64,000 bases of DNA from a virus, in IMG/VR virus record IMGVR_UViG_3300019742_000002, positions 1 through 64,000 of that record; one strand, given 5' to 3'. Within the stretch, counting starts at the first letter, position 1. The number at the start of each line of letters is the position of its first letter. The position numbers were made by a program, and so were the translations under genes. This document shows, piece by piece, positions 1 to 10,494 of this stretch. The notes under the pieces are model-generated. The model made no database searches and was not told the DNA's origin. It saw nothing but the letters and a program-made list of their open reading frames with translations.

Positions 1-123
1 TTTAAAAAAATAAATTAATAAACACTTTAGTTAATATTTTAATTATTTATATTATAGCTAATGGATGTTTAAAATATTTGATATTCTTTAATTATTTATA
101 AAAAAGATAGAACTATCTTAAAT
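1..123 (-). repeat. Partial third copy of the promoter/leader segment of the palindromic element (rest probably upstream of the window)
   Basis: 1-80 (tttaaaaaaataaattaata..cactttagttaat..tattatagcta) matches the reverse complement of ~62470-62555 and resembles 23281-23340; 100-123 (aaaaagatagaactatcttaaat) matches the reverse complement of ~62565-62593. Confidence 0.75.
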
Positions 124-300
124 CCATTTTATAGTACTATTATGAAATGTTTCATATATCGCATTATCAATAACCTCCTATACACTATTTCCATTATCTA
201 GTGTATCTTGGTAAGCTTTCTTAGAATTAACTATAGCCGATTCTACAATTTCTTTCTCTAACTCATCCATTTCTATATCAGTCATTTATTCCTCCAATCT

Positions 301-1230
301 TTATTTATTTCCTTTTCTTGAAATCATCCCATACTCCCATCCATTAGATAAATGTTCGTCTACCTCTGATAATATAACATATTTATTCTTGTCTAGCTCA
401 ACATTCTTCATCATTTTAGATTTACAGGTCTCTCCTACTTCCCACCATTTAGGTAAATCCCAATCTTCATTTTTAAAACTTTCAAATTTATTTAAAACAC
501 TTTGTCTATCATTGTTCCATTCGTTTTCCCAAATAACAATAACTTGCCAACCTAGTCTTCTCAGCCTGAAATTTTTTGCTCTATCTTTTTTCCATTTTTC
601 TTTTGCTGTCATTTTAATCATTTTAATATAATCATCTGGTTTGTATATTATAGGATTTGCATGATAGAGGTCTCCATTATATTCTATAATTATTTTCTTT
701 TCAAAATTAACTATATCACACATCATACCTTCAACAAATTGCTCAACTAAGAAACCATCCACTTTTAATATATCTCCTATTTCTTGTTGTGCTTTGGATA
801 TATAACCAATTGACGAACCTTTAAATATTTTCTTATAATGTTCCTCTTTCATCTTAGGGTCATCGTCCAACATTTTATGAAAAATTCTACTTGCATTTTG
901 TCTCTGTTTTATATAAATTGAGTACTCTTCATCCGTCATTGCATCTACTCTTTCTCTACTAAAACGACCTTTATTAGGTTTTAATGTACCGTCTTCGTTA
1001 TAATTTCCTTTTATTCCTGCCAGAGAACATAATAAAGGTCTAGCACAATTACCACAATATTCTTTATTAATCAATCTCAATCGTCTTTCAAATATAAAAC
1101 TACTATACTCAAAAACTTTATTACACATTTCACACTTAAATTCATAAATCGGATTAGCTAATTTACAACTCTTGTGTAGTTTGCCCTTTTTGGTATATTT
1201 TAATTTGTTATGAGAATATTTTATTATCAA
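301..1230 (-). CDS. Homing endonuclease, Vsr/DUF559 (Hef-like) nuclease domain with N-terminal zinc ribbon
   Basis: CDIVNFEKKIIIEYNGDLYH...KDRAKN...LGWQVIVIWENEW motif; CxxC pairs; TTG start; late promoter TATAAATA at 1251-1258 (-). Confidence 0.8.
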   Translation of the reverse strand: MIIKYSHNKLKYTKKGKLHKSCKLANPIYEFKCEMCNKVFEYSSFIFERRLRLINKEYCGNCARPLLCSLAGIKGNYNEDGTLKPNKGRFSRERVDAMTDEEYSIYIKQRQNASRIFHKMLDDDPKMKEEHYKKIFKGSSIGYISKAQQEIGDILKVDGFLVEQFVEGMMCDIVNFEKKIIIEYNGDLYHANPIIYKPDDYIKMIKMTAKEKWKKDRAKNFRLRRLGWQVIVIWENEWNNDRQSVLNKFESFKNEDWDLPKWWEVGETCKSKMMKNVELDKNKYVILSEVDEHLSNGWEYGMISRKGNK

Positions 1231-1344
1231 TTTATAACCCTTTTTTACTATATTTATAAAAAAGGTACGGTACTAATTCAATAGTTTAAATAACATTTTT
1301 AACTGTCTTTTTAAAATGGTTTATTGAACCCATATCTATAAATT

Positions 1345-1698
1345 TCATATATTCCCTTTTTCTTGTTTAACATTTTCATTACCAAATGTATATAAGTCTT
1401 CACCATATTTTTCAACTGATTTCATCATTTCGTGAATATTCATAATAATTTCAAAAGAAATATCGTCAATATGTTCATTTGGATAGGAACTCATAAATTC
1501 TTCTTTATTTGGATATATATAGGTATTCCTAATATATCTACCGTAAGAATGATGATAATCAATTAATGACTCCTTAGTACCATCATTTTCTAAAAACTCT
1601 TTTAAAGCATTTGGTTCATTTTGAAAACCTTTTAGTTCATCCATAAATATTTTATATGTTAGTGGATTTGGTCTTTGTTTTGGTATTACTAATTTCAT
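1345..1698 (-). CDS. Hypothetical protein (possibly DUF6794-like)
   Basis: HHSYGRYIRN...HIDDIS motif; RBS present. Confidence 0.5.
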   Translation of the reverse strand: MKLVIPKQRPNPLTYKIFMDELKGFQNEPNALKEFLENDGTKESLIDYHHSYGRYIRNTYIYPNKEEFMSSYPNEHIDDISFEIIMNIHEMMKSVEKYGEDLYTFGNENVKQEKGNI

Positions 1699-2171
1699 TT
1701 CTTTATAACTCCTTACAACAAATTTTTCTATGTTTATGAAAATCTTCTCTAGCTTGTGACTCTTTTAACATTTGTTTTAACATATCAATTACACAAATTA
1801 AACTATCTATCTTATCTTTATCGGATATTTCCAATTTATCTATATTATTTTTCATTCTTTATTCCTTAATAAATTTGCTATATATTTCTAGTTTCATATA
1901 CGGATTCTATTTCAAATGATTCGATAGAAGATTTAAGAGAGTTTGACATATACAATGAATTATTTTCTAAATATATGTATATATCAGTATCATTCACTAC
2001 CTAAATAAATGAATCTATCTAAAATTTTGCTTAATAGCAATAATACCATTAATTTCTATAACTTTTGATAAACCACTCCAAGGGTGGTCTAGTGGTGTTT
2101 TATTATTAATAAATCAAACCCATCTCTTATAACTTCTATAACTTTATTACTATCATATAGTAATAATTCTC

Positions 2172-2567
2172 TCATATATTATTCTCCAATCTGTATAATA
2201 CATCTATATCTATTTTACTATCACTATAGTCTAAAATAGGGTGATAATAAACAAAATCCTCATCTGAAGAGATAGATATAAAACCCTTTAATACACTTGC
2301 TGAGGTTTCATCAAAAAAGTAAAATTGTTCTCGTTTGCCATATCTGTGATAAACTATACCACCATTCATTAAAAATTTAGAAGCCTCTTTCTTAGAATCA
2401 AATAATCTAATACTTTGATAAAATTCTAACTCTTTTTGATAATTATCTCTTACATTTTGATTGTCTATAGTATAAACTTTTGATGTTTTATATCCATTAA
2501 GATAGTCTAAGCTTCTTTTAATATCTTCTCTCCAGTCTAACATACGCTGATTTAATTCTTTTGACAT
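2172..2567 (-). CDS. Hypothetical early protein
   Basis: ORF with AAAGGA RBS in an early block. Confidence 0.7.
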   Translation of the reverse strand: MSKELNQRMLDWREDIKRSLDYLNGYKTSKVYTIDNQNVRDNYQKELEFYQSIRLFDSKKEASKFLMNGGIVYHRYGKREQFYFFDETSASVLKGFISISSDEDFVYYHPILDYSDSKIDIDVLYRLENNI

Positions 2568-2579
2568 TTTATATCCTTT

Positions 2580-2825
2580 TTAGTCCAAATCTTCTATAAA
2601 TTCATAACCTAAATTCTCTAATATTACTTCCCTATGTTCACAATATTGTGAGTGATTAAGAATATTACCATTAATTTGAGGGTCGGGTATTCCACAATCA
2701 ACACAACAGTAATAGGGATTACCGTCACCTATTGGTTCATTTTCGTAAGAGTTGTTATAGAATATATTATTATCTTCATCCATTATAACCTCTTCATTTG
2801 TTTCAATATGCTTTAATTTTACCAT
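2580..2825 (-). CDS. Small zinc-binding hypothetical protein (true start MVKLKH at 2825)
   Basis: RBS aaaggattt before ATG 2825; promoter 2854-2874; CCxxC...HxxxC. Confidence 0.65.
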   Translation of the reverse strand: MVKLKHIETNEEVIMDEDNNIFYNNSYENEPIGDGNPYYCCVDCGIPDPQINGNILNHSQYCEHREVILENLGYEFIEDLD

Positions 2826-2893
2826 TTTAAATCCTTTATCTTTTATTACTCTAATTATAGCCACATAAACTTAATCTATTGTTGGGTTTTTGT

Positions 2894-3457
2894 TTATTTG
2901 TTATGTATATCCAAAATCTCCCTAAAAAATGATAAAAGAATTTCATCTTTAACATCCTCTAAGTTTATAGGATGTATTTTACAGTTATAATCAGCATAAT
3001 ATAGTATACCTTGGTTGGCATATCTAAAACTGCCATATCTATATAAGATATTATCTAATTCTTCTCTAGTTTTTGTTCTAGTATAGTTGGTGATGTTTGT
3101 ACGAATTGCATTTATCTTTATTGTTTTATCTACTTCTATTCTTTTTGATTCTATTTTATAAGAATAGTATTCCACAATATCATCAATATCTTCTAGGTTA
3201 TCATATAGTCCTTTATTAAAAATAGTAGTTGTACCGTAGTAGTATATATTTTCAATTGTATTATCTCTATTGACTATTACGGAAAATCTCTCGTTATTTA
3301 GGTTGGTATATATGTACTTTCTATCATTTACTTTTTTAGTAAGTTTAAGAGCATTACAGTTAACAAAATCAAATACTCCATAACAACCATCTCTATAGTA
3401 TTCGTCCAACTCTTTATCACTATTATATACATAGAATATTTTATTTAGTTTTACCAT
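2894..3457 (-). CDS. Hypothetical early protein
   Basis: Promoter 3512-3533; RBS and first codons (MVKL) shared with the neighbouring gene. Confidence 0.7.
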   Translation of the reverse strand: MVKLNKIFYVYNSDKELDEYYRDGCYGVFDFVNCNALKLTKKVNDRKYIYTNLNNERFSVIVNRDNTIENIYYYGTTTIFNKGLYDNLEDIDDIVEYYSYKIESKRIEVDKTIKINAIRTNITNYTRTKTREELDNILYRYGSFRYANQGILYYADYNCKIHPINLEDVKDEILLSFFREILDIHNK

Positions 3458-3511
3458 TTTAAATCCTTTTATAAGAGAGTTTAAATTTTGTTTCTCTCTT
3501 TTATTACTCTA

Positions 3512-3533
3512 ATTATAGCCAAATAAACTTAAA
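3512..3533 (-). promoter_or_regulatory. Sigma70-type early promoter TTTAAG-N10/11-TATAAT (representative of about 20 copies)
   Basis: Same motif upstream of - strand genes near 2854, 6254, 11078, 13539, 15343, 22769, 24649, 27159, 30229, 35629, 45302, 46056, 48889, 49950, 54741, 63862, and on + at 21103. Confidence 0.85.
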
Positions 3534-3548
3534 CCATTATTAATTTTA

Positions 3549-3556
3549 TATAAATA
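3549..3556 (+). promoter_or_regulatory. T4-type late promoter TATAAATA (representative)
   Basis: TATAAATA just upstream of structural genes at 6281, 6670, 11104, 13593, 14220, 15653, 17196, 18738, 18791, 19605, 27198, 30405, 54768, 63888; on - at 1251, 26458, 36947, 48301, 59975; gp55 is encoded in the window. Confidence 0.9.
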
Positions 3557-3575
3557 TCAATAAAAAGGTTCATAA

Positions 3576-4430
3576 ATGAGTAATTTTCAAAAATATAGAG
3601 ATTTTGGTACTAAAATAGCTTGTGATAAAAAACTAACGGAATATAATAGAAAAATTCTTGATGTAAGGTCTAAGTTTTATTCTGCTAAAGAACTCTCCGA
3701 TATTATAGCAAATAAATTAGATGAATTATTAACTCAACCTTTACCAACAAATACAAAAACCTATGATATTAATTCTCTTGAAACTGCTACATTTTTGGAA
3801 AGAATTATAAAACCTAATATTATAAAAATCCCTTTGGTACTTGCCGAAATTTTAATTCCTCAAAATATTAAGGTTGAGACTTTATCTAATATTGATACAT
3901 CAAATCCTGCTGAACTATCCGATATAGCTTCTGAATATATTAATCAAGAAATGGAAACTTTTCTAAATGACCCCGAAAAATCAGTTGATGAGGTATTTAG
4001 TTTTTTAGATACACTTTCACCTCTTATTACTAATTCTTTCTATATAGAAGTATTTGGGCTATTAGATAGATTAAATCATTTTATAATTAAAACTAAATTT
4101 ATACAAGGATATATTGAACAAAAAGAAGCTTATAATATTCTAATGACTTATTGTAAATTTGATGAAAAATCTTTGATAAATGATTCGTTTCTTTGGACTA
4201 ATTATGAAGAGGATTTTATTTTACCTATTAATATTAATGATGGTAAGATAAAACTTACTAAATTCTTTGAAAATCCTACTCAATCTAAAAAAGAAAAACT
4301 TAATAGAATTGAGGTAGAATATTTTAGATATTTGGAGCAAAGAGGTAAAGTTTTAGATAAACTCAAAAGCTTAACACAAGATGTTGATGATGATAAAAAT
4401 CCTGTGTTATTAGCTGAGAGCCTAACCTAA
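3576..4430 (+). CDS. Late hypothetical protein, probably virion-associated
   Basis: Late promoter 3549-3556, RBS; no recognisable motif. Confidence 0.65.
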   Translation: MSNFQKYRDFGTKIACDKKLTEYNRKILDVRSKFYSAKELSDIIANKLDELLTQPLPTNTKTYDINSLETATFLERIIKPNIIKIPLVLAEILIPQNIKVETLSNIDTSNPAELSDIASEYINQEMETFLNDPEKSVDEVFSFLDTLSPLITNSFYIEVFGLLDRLNHFIIKTKFIQGYIEQKEAYNILMTYCKFDEKSLINDSFLWTNYEEDFILPININDGKIKLTKFFENPTQSKKEKLNRIEVEYFRYLEQRGKVLDKLKSLTQDVDDDKNPVLLAESLT

Positions 4431-5130
4431 ACTAGGTATTTTATATAGCCTTGATTTGGTTTTAAGGTTATATATTTGTTTTATGTTGAATATACTATCC
4501 TCTATATTTTTATACTTGTTACATAATTTATTGAACTCTTTTTTAAGTTCAGTATAATTAATCGCTCTTGAATATTCTCTATATTGGTGTGAATTATATG
4601 TACTATATAATTCCTTTAATTTATGTATCTCTATGTATATAGAATTTCTAATTTCATACAGTCTTATTAGTTCGTTTTCGTCTTTTAAATTCATAATTTA
4701 ATCCTTTGTTGTTTTCTAAATATTTCTTAAGTACACCTAATGCTGATAATTTAGCTCCTGTTATAGTTTTATTAATGTATCCAACAGCTGTATCATTTTT
4801 ATATTCAACTCTTGATAAATATCCACCATCAATGCTATCATGAGTATAGTATCTCATTCCATTTATATTGGTAAATATCTCCATAATTTAATCTTTTATT
4901 CTATCAATATACTCTTCCAAATCAAATATAGATGTCTTTAGATTTTCTATTTGGTCATTATGAAATTTATATCTCATCTTTAGTTCATCTAAATGTTTGT
5001 TATTGTGATTCTTATCCATTAATAAATTATCTATTTCATAAATCCTTTCTTTATGTTCTTCAATTTGCTCATAATTTTCTTTAATCTTCTCTCTAGTTGA
5101 TTCTATTTCTTTAGTATTATATGAACTCAT
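4422..5130 (-). other. Three small hypothetical early ORFs (4422-4694, 4654-4884, 4888-5130)
   Basis: Abutting or overlapping co-oriented ORFs. Confidence 0.6.
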
Positions 5131-6224
5131 AGTGAAATCCTATCTATAATTTTTCTAACCTTATCAGAAGATACATTCTTAGGATTTGTAAATAATTCAG
5201 AAACCTTTTGTTTAGCTTCTGTTTTGGTATATGTTGGTAATATCTCAACACTATCTACTATCATACAAGAAGTTCCATTAAAATCTACAGCATATTTACC
5301 ATTAATTTCACCATAATATATAGCTTGTGTCTCAAAGCCATCATCTCTTTTAGCTAGAACTATATCACCTTGTTTGACAGGTTTTTTAGTTGGTTTTAGT
5401 AAAGCTTCCTCATAAGAGATAACTTTAAAATCACCTGATACTAAAAAATCTAATGTACTATCATAAACTGTATAGTTATTATAGCCATCATTTGATATAT
5501 CAAGACAAGTTTTGTCATCGTGCATATATAAAAATTTATCTAACGGTATTTTTAAAATATTATTATTCAACCATCTTAACAATTCTCTATATTTTTCCTC
5601 AGTATCACAATGTACAGCTACATCACTCAGTAGCAAATCTTTATTAAACTCTACCAAATTTACTTCTTTAGTTGGTTTTAGTAAAGCTTCTTTATAGGAG
5701 ATAACTTTATATTTATCTCTTATAAATCTATCTTTATTATCATCAACAATATATTCACTATGTATATCATCATATATTAAAATACAAGTATTCTCTTTAT
5801 GTTTATATAAAAAACTATCCAATTGTATATTAAAAACATTAGAATTAATCCACTTCAATAATTCTCTATATTTTTCTTGGGTATCACAATGTACAGCTAT
5901 ATTACCACTAAGCGAATCTAAATCAAATTCTACCATTTTATTATCCAAATCTAAATCGTATTTTCTCTTAATATCTTTAAATTGAACAACATCGAGACTT
6001 CTATCTTTATAGTAATCAATATGTGCATTACATACAGTTCTATGTACTATATAAAACATACCACAATCTTCATTAACTAACCATTTTTCTTCAAGACTAG
6101 TATCTATTTTTATATCTTTGTATAAGGATGATAATAAAACCTCCAATTCTTTAGCTTCCTCTTTAGTTTCGCAATGAATACCTATTTTCTTATTGATAAT
6201 TGTATCTAAATCAAACTCTACCAT
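5127..6224 (-). CDS. Hypothetical protein with three tandem ~95-aa repeats plus an SH3-like C-terminal domain
   Basis: VEF..D....I(G/A)VHC(E/D)T.E...ELL unit occurs three times; YxEALLKPTK twice. Confidence 0.75.
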   Translation of the reverse strand: MVEFDLDTIINKKIGIHCETKEEAKELEVLLSSLYKDIKIDTSLEEKWLVNEDCGMFYIVHRTVCNAHIDYYKDRSLDVVQFKDIKRKYDLDLDNKMVEFDLDSLSGNIAVHCDTQEKYRELLKWINSNVFNIQLDSFLYKHKENTCILIYDDIHSEYIVDDNKDRFIRDKYKVISYKEALLKPTKEVNLVEFNKDLLLSDVAVHCDTEEKYRELLRWLNNNILKIPLDKFLYMHDDKTCLDISNDGYNNYTVYDSTLDFLVSGDFKVISYEEALLKPTKKPVKQGDIVLAKRDDGFETQAIYYGEINGKYAVDFNGTSCMIVDSVEILPTYTKTEAKQKVSELFTNPKNVSSDKVRKIIDRISL

Positions 6225-6311
6225 TTTATTTCCTTTATTATTTTATTCTTATAATTATAACCAACTAAACCTTAAAGTTTTATAAATAATCTTAAAAGTA
6301 GAGGTAAATTT

Positions 6312-6665
6312 ATGGAATATATTGATATTAATTCTAACATTAATCAAACTAATGTATCCGGTGAAAGTGCTATAAAAAATAGTGTAGTAAATATATTAAC
6401 CACCGAAGTTGGGTCTGTACCGGGTCATCCTGAATTTGGTTCTGCTGTTGTTAAGTATTTGTTTCAACCACTTGACCCCTTGACTACAGAAATGATAAAA
6501 GTAGAGGTAAGATATGCCCTTGAAAGATGGGAAACTAGAGTAACAATTAAGGATATTATAGTTAAAGAAGATATAGATTATAATAGATTAGATGTAGAGA
6601 TTATATATTTTATAAAAGTTGATAGAGATGTTGAGAATACTTTACTATATAGTTTTGTTAGATGA
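6312..6665 (+). CDS. gp25: Baseplate wedge subunit gp25
   Basis: AIKNSVVNILTTEVGSVPGHPEFGS...LFQP...ALERWETRV signature. Confidence 0.93.
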   Translation: MEYIDINSNINQTNVSGESAIKNSVVNILTTEVGSVPGHPEFGSAVVKYLFQPLDPLTTEMIKVEVRYALERWETRVTIKDIIVKEDIDYNRLDVEIIYFIKVDRDVENTLLYSFVR

Positions 6666-6698
6666 TTTTTATAAATAAATTAAAAAGAGGATATTAAT

Positions 6699-9600
6699 AT
6701 GCTAACAATAGTACCGTATCAATTGGATACAATTAAAGAAGATTTAAAAACAAAGGCTGTAGGATTAGGATATACTGACGCTATACAAGAGGGTTCTAAT
6801 ATTTCACAATTAATAAATCTTCTTAGTTATGCTACTTTATACCCTAACTTAAACTTTACTTTTGGATTAAATGAGATGTTTTTAACACAAGCCACTGACA
6901 GAGCTAATGTTCTAAAACACGCAAGAGATAAAGGATATATTAGTAAAAGAATGCAATCGTATCAATATAAAATTAAACTATTGACTAATAAATATGGTGA
7001 AATTACATTAAATAAATACCAACAATTTTCATCTAATGGAAATAATTATATCTATATGGGGGACTCTATCACAAATGTATATGGAAACTATGCTTATATT
7101 AAGCTACTTTCTAACGAATTTAATAATAGCTTAGATAATACCTATATTGATAATATTTTAGAAGAATCTAATATAGTTACAGAAGATGGTCAGGTTTGTT
7201 ATATATATAGCAAAGAGATTGGAACTTCTAACAAATTGTTAATAAAAACATTAGATGATGAGGATTTACCTATATTTTCTACACTTCCAAAAGAAATCTA
7301 TACACACGATGGAACATATTCAGGAGGATATAGAAATCTTCAAAAAGTCGGTGAAATTGATTCTTATATTACCTCTACTGATGGAAATGAATTTAAGATA
7401 CAAATTACAACGGATACACCCGGAGATTTTCCTATATTTACGGAAGTTATTGAAAATAAAGCACTAAATCAAAATGGTTCTATATTTAAGTTTGATACTG
7501 ATGTAGCAAATCCAATCAAATATATAAAATCTATAGTAGTGGACTCCTCATCAGAGAGTATAGATTTACTTAGTGTAGAATATAATGAAGGTGATTATAA
7601 TGCTAGTATACCAACAGGTCAATTATCTATTATAGAAAACCATCCAAATACCGATATATCCACTGATGTAGATTTTAATGCTAATATAGATACTACTCAC
7701 AATATTATAGAATTAACAGGGGTACAATTAGTAAAAGGTTCAAATAATATAGATATATCTACGAACGATTTAAGTTTTATAGGTAATACAATCTCTATAT
7801 TACAACAATCATATCAAGATACTGAATCTAAAATTGTAAGTGGTTCTACTATCCAATTAACACAAGATAATATAGATATAGTTCTTTATGTTATTATTAG
7901 AAGTACCTCATCAACTCTTATAAGTAATTTTAGTTGGACTACCGATGGAGTTATAACAATTTTAGATGAATTTAATGCACCTGATACACAATATGATGGA
8001 TTAAATGTAGATATTGATTTTAAATATATAGAGGATTATACAAATGTTGATGATATTAACATATCCTATACATATAATAACAATACACTTGCAGGTGAAC
8101 CAATAACAGTGACTTATGAATATGATATTGGAGGTGATGGATTCTTAGATAAAAAGTTTTTCTTTAGTGATTTAAGAGGTGAATATTTAGATAATGAGAC
8201 TAATTGGGAAGGTTTTTATGCAAATTCTTTTGACCCCGAAACATCCATATTAACCTTTGATATATCAGGTACTAATAATTTATATGTTAGTATAGAAAAT
8301 AATGGAATTTTTGAAGACCCTTTGCAATTGAATGAAGCTATAGAATCTCCTTATAGAAGGACTAGGTTTTCAAATGGTGTTGTATTCGACGAGAGTACTT
8401 GTTTTGCTTCTATAAATAACACAGAACTAAAAAACACAATAGAGATAGTTGTGAAAGAGGGTGAATTAAGAAGATATAGTGATGTGGATGATTTATCAGA
8501 ACCTTTGTATCCAAATCAAACTTTTATTATTAATAATGATATGGAAGATTCGGGATATTTTATGATAGATGCTGATACTATTGAAAATAATGGTATTGAG
8601 ATGTTTGTAACAAGAACTATAGATGATGGTTCTTTAGTGACTGATGAGGTTTGGACTAAAAGAGAGCTTTTGTTACCTGAGAAAAAACTAGAAGAGGATA
8701 AGACTTTTATTATACTATCTGACTTAAATTACGAAAATTATGTAAATATCTATACTAGATATGCAGGAACAGGAACGGCTTTAGGGTTAGGTTCAACTAT
8801 TAAATTGAATATGATATATTCAAGTGGTTCAAATGGATTTACTAATGATATAATAGAACCTATTGATAATACTGATTTTATTGGAACAATGTATGATGAG
8901 GATTTAAATATCCCTAATATTGTCTATATAGAGGGGTCTGATAAAGAATCCACACAAGATATAAAAGATAATGCTTTATTATTTAACAATACAGCATCAA
9001 GAGCCGTTACCAAAAATGATTATTTAACAATAGTAAATTCTCAGCCATTTATAGGGGATACTGAAATTTGGGGTGGAGAGGATATAGTACCTACACCTGT
9101 ACCCGGTCATATATATATAACGGCTATACCAACATCTAAACCTAGTGATTTTGTTCTAATTAATAATGAGTATATATTAACATCTACTAACACAGATTTA
9201 TTCTACCCTACATATTATCAAATAACAGGTAAAGATAGTTATATAGACTATGATGCAAGTACAGAAGCTGAGGTATTATTTAATATTATAGATAAATATA
9301 AAGTAATGACACTACAATTGGATTATGTTAAAACTATTTATTTAGATTTTAAGTTAGATATAAGGATTCTTAAGAAAACTTTCTTTAAGAGTACTGAGGA
9401 GATAAATGATGAGATGTTTAATAAGATAAAGGATTATTTCTATACTAATATAGAGACATATAACTCAAACTTCTTCAACTCAACAACAACAAAATATATA
9501 GATTCGGTTCTAGGTGATGATTTTGGTTTTGAAATGAATGTAGATTTTAGTGTGGAGTTGTTTGATTATATAGACGACCCCGATAGAGGAGTTTTTACCA

Positions 9601-10469
9601 ACTATAGTATGAATTATTTAGATGATACTCCTTATAACGGTTATAAGGATACCTTTGTGTTTGAAATGCCTATATCACTACCTTTAGACGGATTGTTTGA
9701 GGATAATATAATAGAGTTAGATGGTTCAATAACTTATGGTAATTTAATATATGAAAATTTAACAAATATTAATACAAACGATTTTCTAAAAGTGAATGAT
9801 AGAATATATGTAGGAGGACTGGAAACATCAAACTATAATCCAATTTCAAACTCTAGTTATATAAAATTACCTATAATGTATACCGAAAATAGGAATAGTA
9901 TTGTAGAAGAGTTTGTAGTGGGTGAGTATAATATATACCCTAAGAAAAAGATTATAATTCTTAAGATATTTGTGGATAAATATCTAAATCAAGATAATTA
10001 TGAGCAAAGATATTTGGTTAGTTCTGGTGATTTGGTTCTTGAAGACCCTATATTAAAAAATGGATATGTGAATAATTTTGGTGAATGGATTAGGTTTGAT
10101 ATTGGAGGAGTCCCTGATGAAGTTGGAGATTATTCTGATAATGTAGGGACTCCATTAGATGATTGGATTCCAAGACGATTAATAGATATAGAATTAAGTA
10201 CAAATTTATTGGATGGTTCTTTTAACACAAGTGTTTTAGATTCATATAAAACTAATGAATATTTTACTACACCTATTCCGTTTGGTTATATAAATCAAGA
10301 GAAATACGATATAGACCCTCTTGACATAACTATAGAATATGTAAGAGAGTTACCACTACCAAGAGATTCTTTTATGTCATCTAAAGAATTGTCTATAAAT
10401 CCAAAAGGTGACAATATTGAGAGTTTAAGGAATGTTTTCAATAGATTAAGAGAGGTTAGGTTTATCTAA
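6699..10469 (+). CDS. gp6: Baseplate wedge subunit gp6, enlarged by insertions
   Basis: EGSNISQLINLLSY..NEMFLTQATDRANVLKHARDKGY N-terminus; GSDKEST..IK..RAVTKNDY, WGGE; follows gp25. Confidence 0.88.
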   Translation: MLTIVPYQLDTIKEDLKTKAVGLGYTDAIQEGSNISQLINLLSYATLYPNLNFTFGLNEMFLTQATDRANVLKHARDKGYISKRMQSYQYKIKLLTNKYGEITLNKYQQFSSNGNNYIYMGDSITNVYGNYAYIKLLSNEFNNSLDNTYIDNILEESNIVTEDGQVCYIYSKEIGTSNKLLIKTLDDEDLPIFSTLPKEIYTHDGTYSGGYRNLQKVGEIDSYITSTDGNEFKIQITTDTPGDFPIFTEVIENKALNQNGSIFKFDTDVANPIKYIKSIVVDSSSESIDLLSVEYNEGDYNASIPTGQLSIIENHPNTDISTDVDFNANIDTTHNIIELTGVQLVKGSNNIDISTNDLSFIGNTISILQQSYQDTESKIVSGSTIQLTQDNIDIVLYVIIRSTSSTLISNFSWTTDGVITILDEFNAPDTQYDGLNVDIDFKYIEDYTNVDDINISYTYNNNTLAGEPITVTYEYDIGGDGFLDKKFFFSDLRGEYLDNETNWEGFYANSFDPETSILTFDISGTNNLYVSIENNGIFEDPLQLNEAIESPYRRTRFSNGVVFDESTCFASINNTELKNTIEIVVKEGELRRYSDVDDLSEPLYPNQTFIINNDMEDSGYFMIDADTIENNGIEMFVTRTIDDGSLVTDEVWTKRELLLPEKKLEEDKTFIILSDLNYENYVNIYTRYAGTGTALGLGSTIKLNMIYSSGSNGFTNDIIEPIDNTDFIGTMYDEDLNIPNIVYIEGSDKESTQDIKDNALLFNNTASRAVTKNDYLTIVNSQPFIGDTEIWGGEDIVPTPVPGHIYITAIPTSKPSDFVLINNEYILTSTNTDLFYPTYYQITGKDSYIDYDASTEAEVLFNIIDKYKVMTLQLDYVKTIYLDFKLDIRILKKTFFKSTEEINDEMFNKIKDYFYTNIETYNSNFFNSTTTKYIDSVLGDDFGFEMNVDFSVELFDYIDDPDRGVFTNYSMNYLDDTPYNGYKDTFVFEMPISLPLDGLFEDNIIELDGSITYGNLIYENLTNINTNDFLKVNDRIYVGGLETSNYNPISNSSYIKLPIMYTENRNSIVEEFVVGEYNIYPKKKIIILKIFVDKYLNQDNYEQRYLVSSGDLVLEDPILKNGYVNNFGEWIRFDIGGVPDEVGDYSDNVGTPLDDWIPRRLIDIELSTNLLDGSFNTSVLDSYKTNEYFTTPIPFGYINQEKYDIDPLDITIEYVRELPLPRDSFMSSKELSINPKGDNIESLRNVFNRLREVRFI

Positions 10470-10494
10470 CTTTCTCTATCTTTCTCTAATAAAC

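Noticed and set aside
389-631. Antisense or nested short ORFs in the track (e.g. 389-631, 5453-5697, 7255-7467, 11987-12256, 14668-15006, 39722-40351, 57713-57994, 61628-61810)
   Set aside because: Shadows of longer genes with no RBS or promoter and atypical composition
6699-10469. Intein as the cause of the gp6 size increase
   Set aside because: No intein splice-junction or LAGLIDADG motifs seen
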